Assembly: GCA_964551595.1 (NCBI GenBank) | Contig: CAZKCU010000001.1 | Span: forward strand, 197,321-261,320 | Direction: 5' to 3' | Source: an uncultured Candidatus Saccharibacteria bacterium | GTDB lineage: Bacteria > Patescibacteriota > Minisyncoccia > Minisyncoccales > CAZKCU01 | DNA length: 64,000 nucleotides | The notes under the pieces: generated by a model | The model's input: only the letters and a program-made list of their open reading frames with translations | Told to the model about the DNA's origin: nothing | Database searches by the model: none | Shown here: positions 17,364 through 24,958 of the stretch, in pieces | Layout of the letters: each line of letters starts with the position of its first letter | Numbering within the stretch: position 1 is the first letter of the stretch | Position numbers and translations under genes: made by a program

Positions 17364-18002
17364 ATGAAAAATATTCTCAATTTTTTAATTGAAGTTGGAA
17401 AATTAAAACGCCTTCCGAGAAGGGGTTGGGTAATAAATCAAATAAAAAACCCAGAGAGTATTGCCGAACATATTTTTCGATCTGCGATAATGGTCTGGAT
17501 TTTAGGTTATAAAAAGGGCGGTATTAATATAGAAAAACTTATCAAAATAGCCTTAATTCACGATCTCTGTGAAATATATGCAGGAGATACAACTCCTTAT
17601 GACTCGGTTTTACCTAAAAACAAAAAGAAACTTAGAGAACTAATGAAGACCTGGCCAAGATTCTCTAATTATGAGAAAAGAGAGCAGGCTATCAAGAAAT
17701 ATAAAAAAGAAAACAAAGCCCTTAAGAAACTTATTTCAAAATTACCACCCAAATTAAAAAAAGAAATAAATAAACTCTGGTTAGATTATGAAAAAGGGTT
17801 AACTCCAGAAGGGAGATTTTTCCACCAAGCCGATAGAATGGAAAATTTCTTGCAAGCTTATGAATATTGGAAAAAGTATAAAAATCCTCCTTTGGGTCCT
17901 TGGTGGTTGTGGGCAAGGGAATTTTTCGACGACCCCACTTTGCTTGAATTTATGAAAGTTTTAGATAAAAAATTTCGAGAAAAAAAACTAAAGAAAAAAT
18001 AA
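17364..18002 (+). CDS. HD-domain phosphohydrolase (YfbR/5'-deoxynucleotidase-like)
   Basis: H...HDLCEIYAGD metal-binding HD motif; 212 aa. Confidence 0.65.
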   Translation: MKNILNFLIEVGKLKRLPRRGWVINQIKNPESIAEHIFRSAIMVWILGYKKGGINIEKLIKIALIHDLCEIYAGDTTPYDSVLPKNKKKLRELMKTWPRFSNYEKREQAIKKYKKENKALKKLISKLPPKLKKEINKLWLDYEKGLTPEGRFFHQADRMENFLQAYEYWKKYKNPPLGPWWLWAREFFDDPTLLEFMKVLDKKFREKKLKKK

Positions 18003-18014
18003 AGGGCAAAACAT

Positions 18015-18245
18015 ATGGACCCCAACCCACCCATAACCTTCCCGTCTTCTGCGGGCCCCTGTAAAAAGGAACAAAATTTAAGAGATTGCCCCTGCACTTA
18101 TCCTGATTGTCCAAGAAAAGGGATTTGTTGTCAGTGTCTAAAATATCATTTGAAAAATAACGAACTTCCAGCCTGTTGTTTTTCTAAAGAAGCAGAAAGA
18201 ACTTATGATCGCTCCTTTAAGAAATTCATTGCAGAGTTTAAATAA
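18015..18245 (+). CDS. small cysteine-rich protein (hypothetical metal-binding)
   Basis: 76 aa with 10 Cys: CPCTYPDCPRKGICCQCLKYH...ACCF. Confidence 0.35.
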   Translation: MDPNPPITFPSSAGPCKKEQNLRDCPCTYPDCPRKGICCQCLKYHLKNNELPACCFSKEAERTYDRSFKKFIAEFK

Positions 18246-18250
18246 AAGTT

Positions 18251-19270
18251 ATGAGAGAAACAATTTTAAATTTTCCAAAACAATTTAAAGAAGGCATAGA
18301 AAGAGCAAAAGATATTAGGGTTGAGGGAAGGTTTGAAAATATTATAATTTGCGGAATGGGCGGTTCAGCTTTACCTGCCGACCTTTTAGTTATTTTTTTT
18401 AATGATTTGAGATTACCCCTCTATATTCATCGCAGCTACAATCTTCCTCCTCAAGCAACTAAAGAAAGTTTAATAGTTTGTATTTCCTTTTCCGGGAATA
18501 CCAAAGAGCCAATTTCAGCTTTAAAAGAAGCTCAAGAAAGAAAACTTAAAGTGATAGCCATTACTACTGGAGGAGAGCTTGCAAAATTGGCCCAAAAATA
18601 TAATACGCCCCTTGTCTCTCTGCCTCCTGTTAAAATTCAGCCCCGCTGGGCCATTGGCTATCTTTTTGGAGCTTTGGTAAAGGTTTTGTCTAATTCCGGA
18701 ATAATTGAGGATAGTTCTGGAGAGATCTTTAAAATAGCTGAAAATTTGAGACCCCTTGAATTAGAAGACCGGGGCAAAATTTTAGCTAAAAAATTAGCGG
18801 GCAAAATCCCTATTATTTATGCTTCAAACAAATTTAAGTCCTTAGCCCGGATTTGGAAAATAAAATTAAATGAAAATTCAAAAACAATGGCTTTTTGGAA
18901 CTATTTTCCTGAACTTATTCATAACGAGATTGTAGGATATAACTTAATCGCGGAGCGATTGCCCACTGTTCACACACAGCAGGGAGCGAAGCGACCGGTT
19001 TGCTGTCTCAAAAATTTTCAGGTGATTATGCTTCGAGATTCAGATGACCATCCAAAGGTTTTAAAAGCAATGGATTTAACGGATGTTTTGTTAAGGAAAA
19101 AAGGCGCTGGAGTTGATTTCGTTGAGATTAAGGGGAAAAGTATTTTAGAGAAAGTATTCAATAATTTAATTCTTGCTGATTGGGTAAGCTATTATTTGGC
19201 TGAAGAATATAAAATTGACCCGGCTCCGGTAGAAATTGTGGAAGAATTCAAGAAAAAATTAAAAGAGTAA
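18251..19270 (+). CDS. bifunctional phosphoglucose/phosphomannose isomerase (SIS domain, archaeal type)
   Basis: GMGGSALPADLL SIS motif; 339 aa. Confidence 0.7.
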   Translation: MRETILNFPKQFKEGIERAKDIRVEGRFENIIICGMGGSALPADLLVIFFNDLRLPLYIHRSYNLPPQATKESLIVCISFSGNTKEPISALKEAQERKLKVIAITTGGELAKLAQKYNTPLVSLPPVKIQPRWAIGYLFGALVKVLSNSGIIEDSSGEIFKIAENLRPLELEDRGKILAKKLAGKIPIIYASNKFKSLARIWKIKLNENSKTMAFWNYFPELIHNEIVGYNLIAERLPTVHTQQGAKRPVCCLKNFQVIMLRDSDDHPKVLKAMDLTDVLLRKKGAGVDFVEIKGKSILEKVFNNLILADWVSYYLAEEYKIDPAPVEIVEEFKKKLKE

Positions 19271-19272
19271 TT

Positions 19273-19506
19273 ATGGAGAAAAAATCAGCTATTACAAAAG
19301 AAATGACTATTGGTGAGGTAATTAAGAGATATCCAAAGACAGCTTTCGTTTTTATTGATTATGGGCTTCATTGCGTTGGCTGTCCGATGGCAAAACCTGA
19401 AACAATTGAAGAAGCGGTTGGGTTCCATCGAATTGACCTGAAAAAGTTTTTAGAAGATTTAAATAAAACAGCTCTGTCTCAGAGTAAAACAGGAAAAAAG
19501 CCTTGA
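19273..19506 (+). CDS. DUF1858-like redox/disulfide small protein
   Basis: 77 aa; GLHCVGCPMA motif characteristic of hybrid-cluster-associated DUF1858. Confidence 0.55.
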   Translation: MEKKSAITKEMTIGEVIKRYPKTAFVFIDYGLHCVGCPMAKPETIEEAVGFHRIDLKKFLEDLNKTALSQSKTGKKP

Positions 19507-19535
19507 TTTGTCAAAAAACCAAGGCTTTTTAAGAT
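19498..19535. terminator. bidirectional terminator hairpin (aagccttg-atttgtcaaaaaac-caaggctt + T run)
   Basis: 8-bp stem between convergent DUF1858 gene and RT gene. Confidence 0.55.
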
Positions 19536-20662
19536 ATTCTTTTTTCCAATTTCAGATAATCATCCAGAAGACCTCGCGGCAAGGTATCAATTCTGGCAAA
19601 CCCCATTTGTCCGCGAACCTTCTGCCAGGTTTTTTCATAATCCAGGCCATGGTCTAAAAGCCAGCCAAGATGATGAAGAGAAAGACGCAGTCGCCTTTTA
19701 AAGGTGCGCGTATTGTGAGCTTTTCCTTCAATTACATTCAATCCGAGCATTCTTAAACTGCTTCCCCTTATCATCCTTCTCTCTTTAATCTTGTGAGGCT
19801 CAAATCCATATTTCCTAATTGCTCTTAAAAGGGCAATTTTTACTTTTTGAGGAAATTTTTCTTTTTCTATTGAAAAGAAAAGATTGTCAGCATAACGGGT
19901 ATATTTCCCTTCGGAGTTCTCTACCAGAGATAAAAGCTTCTCATCCAATTTCTTACATATTAAATCAAAAAGTTTTGGGCTGGGCGGTGCTCCTTGAGGA
20001 AGATTTCCCTTAAAGGTGGTGAGTTCAGCTACAATTCTCGCTCCATACCAGGAGAAATAACCATACTCATAGCGGTACTTTTTCTTTTGCTCTGCGGTTT
20101 CATCAGGGCCATAAAGGGCAGGATTCATTTCTGCTTTAAACCGTACCCTTCTTCCTTCAATTAGATATTGAAAGACATCATCAAAATTTACGCTTGGAAA
20201 AGCATCTTCAAAATCAACGCAAAGAATGCTTTTTGCTCCCAAATGAGGATTTATCGCTTCATTAATGCTTCCGCCGGAAAAACCAAATACATTTTTAGCC
20301 GGATTTAAGAAGCTGAGAACATATTTATTAATTTTCCTCTGAATTTTCTTTAAGCGTTCATCGGGAACGCAAACTTTTCTTTTGCCGCCACTTTCTTTTG
20401 GCAGGTATACTACTTTATAAAGGCAATTGCGGTTGCTTCTTATCAATCTTAGAATCTGGATTAAATCATCAGGATGGATTTTTATCTCTTTTGCCAGCCA
20501 AAAGCAGGTAGGTATCTCTCTGGGATTTATCAAGCTTGTTTTTTTAGGCAAAATAGCGTTAAATCTCGCTGTTTCTTCTTCCATTATTGCCCTTTCTATT
20601 AATTCTTCTTTCGCCAATTCCTCCGGAGACTTTTCCGGGAGTATTTCTTCATAGTTTCTCAT
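19529..20662 (-). CDS. reverse transcriptase, retron/Abi/DRT-like (RT domains 1-7, QGxxxSP type; motif C is YADN)
   Basis: RT1 YLPKESGGKRKVCVP; RT2a FGFSGGSINEAINPH; motif A CVDFEDAFPSV; motif B' LPQGAPPSPKLF; motif C RYADNLFFS; RT6 KYGFEPHKIK; RT7 LRMLGLNV; AGGAG RBS 6 nt before ATG. Confidence 0.8.
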   Translation of the reverse strand: MRNYEEILPEKSPEELAKEELIERAIMEEETARFNAILPKKTSLINPREIPTCFWLAKEIKIHPDDLIQILRLIRSNRNCLYKVVYLPKESGGKRKVCVPDERLKKIQRKINKYVLSFLNPAKNVFGFSGGSINEAINPHLGAKSILCVDFEDAFPSVNFDDVFQYLIEGRRVRFKAEMNPALYGPDETAEQKKKYRYEYGYFSWYGARIVAELTTFKGNLPQGAPPSPKLFDLICKKLDEKLLSLVENSEGKYTRYADNLFFSIEKEKFPQKVKIALLRAIRKYGFEPHKIKERRMIRGSSLRMLGLNVIEGKAHNTRTFKRRLRLSLHHLGWLLDHGLDYEKTWQKVRGQMGFARIDTLPRGLLDDYLKLEKRIS

Positions 20663-20960
20663 TAACTGCTCCTTTCATTATTATTTTTAAAAAGAACTGG
20701 GGTTGCCTCTAACTTTAAAAGATATATCTTAAAAGACAACCCCTTGATATTATGGTGGTGTTCCCTCCCTCGCCTTTTGCTGTGAAAAAAGATGCGAAGC
20801 GATACAAAGCTAGTATTCAGAGCTGTCAGATTTCTGACGGCCTGTCTTTTTGAAAAATTTTCAAAGACACTGACGAACCCCACCTTTATTTTAAAATAAC
20901 AAAATAAATCGTTAGTGTCAAAAATGAATAACCTCGGTCCTTAATTGAACCGAGGTTCTT
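20663..20960 (-). ncRNA. structured non-coding leader/ncRNA candidate upstream of RT (retron msr-msd-like or DRT ncRNA-like)
   Basis: ~300 nt without ORF support; TTGACA-like -35 (fwd 20916-20921); several hairpins (ggggttg...caacccc; gtcag-attt-ctgac; gtctttttgaaaa/ttttcaaagac). Confidence 0.35.
20927..20957 (-). terminator. hairpin immediately after stop of ORF 20962..21303 (aacctcggt-N10-accgaggtt)
   Basis: perfect 9-bp stem 4 nt downstream of TAG; followed on the minus strand by attcattttt. Confidence 0.45.
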
Positions 20961-20961
20961 A

Positions 20962-21303
20962 CTAATTGACATACCCATATATAGCTGATACTTTTTCTCT
21001 TTCTTTAGTCATGACTATAATGGTAGTAATAAAATCGGATACCAGAACACGACTTGATTTCGGACGGTCGGGGAACTTGATCCCTAACCTGTAGCCAGCC
21101 TCAATGTCTTGGGATAGAGGTGTGTATCCTAATGCTTTTGGCAAAACACTGCCCAGTAAAACTCCTCGGCCCTCCTTTTTACCGTCGAAATATACTGTCC
21201 TTAATCCTTTCCTGTCGGGGGCTTCAATAACCCAGGTGTGCCCTTCTTCCGTAGATATCACCAATCCATCCTCAATATCTTTCGGCGCTTTATTTATTTC
21301 CAT
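20962..21303 (-). CDS. hypothetical protein (113 aa), immediately upstream of RT on the same strand; candidate RT-associated effector
   Basis: ORF with no recognisable motif; MEINKAPKDIEDGLVISTEEGHTWVIEAPDRKGLRTVYFDGKKEGRG... Confidence 0.4.
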   Translation of the reverse strand: MEINKAPKDIEDGLVISTEEGHTWVIEAPDRKGLRTVYFDGKKEGRGVLLGSVLPKALGYTPLSQDIEAGYRLGIKFPDRPKSSRVLVSDFITTIIVMTKEREKVSAIYGYVN

Positions 21304-21489
21304 CTTGGCCTCCTTTACCTTAATAAATATTAACCTTTTAAGAACTACATAACTATATCTTCAATGGTTATTATAATTTTATATTCTATCTAACAAAAAA
21401 GAAAATGTCAACAAAGATAATATTCTATCAATTTTTTTTAATTCTTTAAAAAATTGCCAATCAGGTATTTTTTGGTAGAATAAAATAAT

Positions 21490-21894
21490 ATGAGTTTTGT
21501 GATTAAGACCAAAGGGTTCAACGATATCGTTGACATAACTTTGCAGGTTTCTCAGACGGTTAAAAGCTCTAAGATAAAAGATGGAATTTGCGTAATATCT
21601 TCTCCTGGTTCAACTTGCGGGATAACTACTATTGAGTATGAGCCAGGTTTAATTGAAGATTTAAAAAGAGTTCTGGAAAGAATTGCGCCGATGTCAAAAG
21701 ATTACGAGCATTGCAAAAAATGGGGTGATTGTAACGGCTATGCTCATATTCGTTCGGCTTTGCTAAAGCCATTTTTAGCAGTGCCGATTGAAGAAGGAAG
21801 ATTAGCTTTGGGCAATTGGCAACAAATTGCGTTTTTGGACTTCGACAATAGACCAAGAGAAAGAAAAATAATCGTAAAAATAATAAAAAGTTAA
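21490..21894 (+). CDS. YjbQ/UPF0047 family protein (secondary thiamine-phosphate synthase-like)
   Basis: 134 aa; CVISSPGSTCGITTIEYEPG...GNWQQIAFLDFD pattern of YjbQ family. Confidence 0.7.
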   Translation: MSFVIKTKGFNDIVDITLQVSQTVKSSKIKDGICVISSPGSTCGITTIEYEPGLIEDLKRVLERIAPMSKDYEHCKKWGDCNGYAHIRSALLKPFLAVPIEEGRLALGNWQQIAFLDFDNRPRERKIIVKIIKS

Positions 21895-21900
21895 TCAAGA

Positions 21901-22527
21901 ATGAAAATCAGCATTAATAAAGTTATTAAAACTTTTATCCTTTCTGACTTTTTTCTTCAATCCGGGTGGGGGTTAATCGGTCCTATTTTTGCTGTGTTTA
22001 TAATAAGAAACATTCACGGCGGAAGTTTGGCAATAGTTGGATTTGTTGCGGCGACTTACTGGATTGTCAAATCAATTTTTCAACCTTTCATTGCCTATTT
22101 TTTTGACCTTAAGAAAGGAGAGAAAGATGATTTTAAATTTCTGATTGTCGGTATGTATATAGCTAACCTAATTCCTCTCGGTTACCTTCTTTCTTCTCAA
22201 ATTTGGCAGATTTTTTTATTAGAATTTATCAGGGGTCTGGCCATGGCCTGCGTTATTCCAACTTGGGCAGGAATTTTCACCAGGCATATAAACAAGGGTT
22301 GGGAAGCATTTTCCTGGAGCGTCGAGAGTACCGCTATTGGTTTTGCCTTTGGTCTTGCCGCTGCTTTCGGCGGGGTAATGGCCACAATTTTAGGATTTAA
22401 AACCGTTTTTGTCTTGGTTTCTGTTTTTGGTTTAATTGCTTCCTCAATTTTGTTATTAATCCGTAATCAAATTTTTCCGAAAGACCACTTTATTCCGCGG
22501 GTACCACCGGCCGAGAAACCATTTTAA
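21901..22527 (+). CDS. multi-pass membrane protein (MFS-half-like, hypothetical)
   Basis: 208 aa; ~6 hydrophobic helices. Confidence 0.35.
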   Translation: MKISINKVIKTFILSDFFLQSGWGLIGPIFAVFIIRNIHGGSLAIVGFVAATYWIVKSIFQPFIAYFFDLKKGEKDDFKFLIVGMYIANLIPLGYLLSSQIWQIFLLEFIRGLAMACVIPTWAGIFTRHINKGWEAFSWSVESTAIGFAFGLAAAFGGVMATILGFKTVFVLVSVFGLIASSILLLIRNQIFPKDHFIPRVPPAEKPF

Positions 22528-22552
22528 CCGAAACCGACATTTCGTAAGAGCT

Positions 22553-24265
22553 ATGAAAAATCAGGAAATAGCTAAAATATTATATGAGATAGCTCAATAT
22601 CTTGAGATGGAAGGAGTGTCTTTCAAACCCTATGCCTATGAGAAGGCGGCGCTGACTTTGGAAACCCTGGAGGAAGATATTGAAGAAATTTATAAAAAAG
22701 GGAGAATTAAAGTTCTAAAAGATATTCCTGGAATAGGGAAAAGCATTGCTGAGAAAATTGAAGAATATTTAAAAACCGGAAAGATAAAGTATTACCAAGA
22801 ACTTAAGAGAAAAACTCCCTTGAATATCGGAGAATTAGCAGCTGTGGAGGGAATGGGTCCAAAAAAGGCAAAGGTATTATACCAAAAATTAGGGATTAGA
22901 AATTTAAAAGATTTAGAGAAAGCAGCCAGAGCTCACAAAATTGCTCCTCTCTTCGGTTTTGGGGAAAAAACTGAAAAAAATATCTTGGAGGGGATAGCTT
23001 TTTTAAAGAGAAGCAAAGGAAGGTTTCTTTTAGGAGATATTCTCTCGGTCGTTATGGAAGTTCAGGAAAAATTAAAAAGCCTAAAAGAGGTTGAGGAAAT
23101 AAGTCCGGCAGGTTCAGTTAGAAGAATGAAAGAAACTATTGGCGATGTCGATTTTTTGGTAATTTCCAAAAATCCAGAGAAAGTTATGGATTTTTTTGTT
23201 TCTTTACCCGGAGTGATTAAAATTTGGGGCAAGGGCAAAACTAAATCATCGGTTAAAATGAGAGAAGGTTTCGATATGGATATAAGAGTTGTTCCAAGAA
23301 AAAGTTATGGTTCAGCTCTCCAATACTTTACTGGTTCAAAAGAGCATAATATCGTCACCAGAAAAATTGCCATAGCTAAAGGATTAAAACTGAATGAATA
23401 TGGAGTTTTTCGGGGGAAGAAACAGATTGCTGGGAAAAATGAAGAAGAAGTTTATAAAATCTTAGGGATGGCTTGGATACCTCCTGAATTGAGAGAAAAC
23501 CAGGGCGAAATTGAAGCTGCCCTTGAATGGAAATTACCGAAGTTAATTGATTTTAAAGATATTAAAGGGGATTTACATACTCACTCTAAATGGAATGGAG
23601 GTCATAATTCGATTTTGGAAATGGCCGAAACTGCGATGAGAAGAGGATATAGATATTTGGGAATTACTGACCATACTAAATTTCTAAGAATTGAGCACGG
23701 ATTAGACGAGAAAAAGCTGGCCTTACAAAGAAAAGAAATTGACAAATTAAATCAAAAATTCAAAAATTTCAAAATTCTTCAGGGAGCAGAAACAAACATT
23801 TTGAATGATGGCTTAGTAGATATTAGAGATGAATCCCTAAAAAAGTTAGACTATGCTATTGCTGGAATTCACTCAAATATGAAAATGCCAAAAGAGAAAA
23901 TGACAGAAAGAATTATTCAGGCAATGAAAAATCCCTATATTAAAATAATCTCCCATCCAACCGGCAGAATCTTAAAAAGAAGAAATGAATACCAAATTGA
24001 TTTTGATAAAATTTTGAGAGCGGCTAAAGAAACAGGAACAATTTTAGAAATCAATTCTTTTCCTGAAAGATTAGATTTAAACGACCAGAATATTCGTCGG
24101 GCAAAAGAGGCTGAAGTAAAAATGGTAATCAATACTGACGCCCACCACCTGGACCAAATGAGATTTATTGAATTTGGAATTGCCCAAGCCCGCCGCGGCT
24201 GGGCCGAAAAAAAAGATATAATTAATGTCCAACCATTAGAAAAATTATTAAGGTATTTCAAATAA
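22553..24265 (+). CDS. DNA polymerase X family protein with C-terminal PHP domain (PolX)
   Basis: N-terminal Pol beta-like HhH region; GDVDFLV nucleotidyltransferase motif; C-terminal GDLHTHS...HT PHP motifs; 570 aa. Confidence 0.8.
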   Translation: MKNQEIAKILYEIAQYLEMEGVSFKPYAYEKAALTLETLEEDIEEIYKKGRIKVLKDIPGIGKSIAEKIEEYLKTGKIKYYQELKRKTPLNIGELAAVEGMGPKKAKVLYQKLGIRNLKDLEKAARAHKIAPLFGFGEKTEKNILEGIAFLKRSKGRFLLGDILSVVMEVQEKLKSLKEVEEISPAGSVRRMKETIGDVDFLVISKNPEKVMDFFVSLPGVIKIWGKGKTKSSVKMREGFDMDIRVVPRKSYGSALQYFTGSKEHNIVTRKIAIAKGLKLNEYGVFRGKKQIAGKNEEEVYKILGMAWIPPELRENQGEIEAALEWKLPKLIDFKDIKGDLHTHSKWNGGHNSILEMAETAMRRGYRYLGITDHTKFLRIEHGLDEKKLALQRKEIDKLNQKFKNFKILQGAETNILNDGLVDIRDESLKKLDYAIAGIHSNMKMPKEKMTERIIQAMKNPYIKIISHPTGRILKRRNEYQIDFDKILRAAKETGTILEINSFPERLDLNDQNIRRAKEAEVKMVINTDAHHLDQMRFIEFGIAQARRGWAEKKDIINVQPLEKLLRYFK

Positions 24266-24511
24266 AACATCCCACATCGGAGATGGGTCGGGTCAGGTCG
24301 CGAGAGTTCTCCGCGAAGCGGAAACTCCCGACCGAGAACCTTTCGGTTCTCCCGTGTAGGAAAAGATTAAAAACAGAGGGTGGTCAAAGAGATAAATCTC
24401 TTTTTCACCTCGCTGCGGTTCGGTTTTTAAGGAGCGAGCCCTAAGCGAGGCGAAGCCGAGCGCTAGCACTTTGTGCCAGAGAGGGCGAGCGACTAACTTG
24501 GTATTACCACT

Positions 24512-24958
24512 ATGCCAATTGAAAAATCAGCCGGAGCTATAATTTTTAGGAGAGAGAATGATAAAATTTATTATCTCTCGCTTCATTATCCTTCTTCGCC
24601 TAAGACACCGAAGGAATATTGGGATTTACCCAAGGGCCATATTGAAAAAGGGGAAAAGGAAATTGAAACTGTGAGAAGGGAAGTGGAAGAAGAAACCGGA
24701 TTAAAAGACATTGAATTTGAGGACGGTTTTAAAGAGCGGATAAAGTATTTTTTTAAATTTAGGGGAAAAAATATTCTGAAATTTGTCACTTTTTATTTAG
24801 CAGAAACGAAAGAAAAAGATATTAAAGTTTCTTTTGAACATCTTGGTTTTGAATGGTTATCCTACGAAAAAGCAATAAAAAAATTAACATTTAGAAATAC
24901 CAAAGAAATTCTCAAAAAAGCTAACCAATTTTTAGAAAAATATGCTGCCCAAAGTTAA
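24512..24958 (+). CDS. NUDIX hydrolase
   Basis: Nudix box GHIEKGEKEIETVRREVEEETGL. Confidence 0.7.
   Translation: MPIEKSAGAIIFRRENDKIYYLSLHYPSSPKTPKEYWDLPKGHIEKGEKEIETVRREVEEETGLKDIEFEDGFKERIKYFFKFRGKNILKFVTFYLAETKEKDIKVSFEHLGFEWLSYEKAIKKLTFRNTKEILKKANQFLEKYAAQS

Noticed and set aside
19529-20662. RT as part of a diversity-generating retroelement (common in CPR genomes)
   Set aside because: Motif B' is the canonical QGxxxSP, not the DGR-type I/VGxxxSQ. No ~100-bp template/variable repeat pair or adenine-mutated target gene is visible within several kb.
20662-20883. 73-aa ORF overlapping the RT leader
   Set aside because: It has an odd basic composition, overlaps the predicted promoter/hairpins, and has no RBS. 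It is more parsimonious as non-coding leader.
19507-20960. RT as a group II intron-encoded protein
   Set aside because: Only 22 nt separate the RT stop from a convergent gene. No domain V/VI-like hairpins downstream, no GUGYG 5' boundary upstream, no maturase/endonuclease extension.
24280-24340. Confident assignment of the GC-rich island or the dnaA-upstream sRNA as SRP (4.5S) RNA
   Set aside because: Only short string similarities (ggucagguc, gaagcgg, guccga...agcggc) were found. I could not identify the conserved GNRA tetraloop and symmetric loop arrangement of helix 8 in either candidate; left as unresolved ncRNA candidates.
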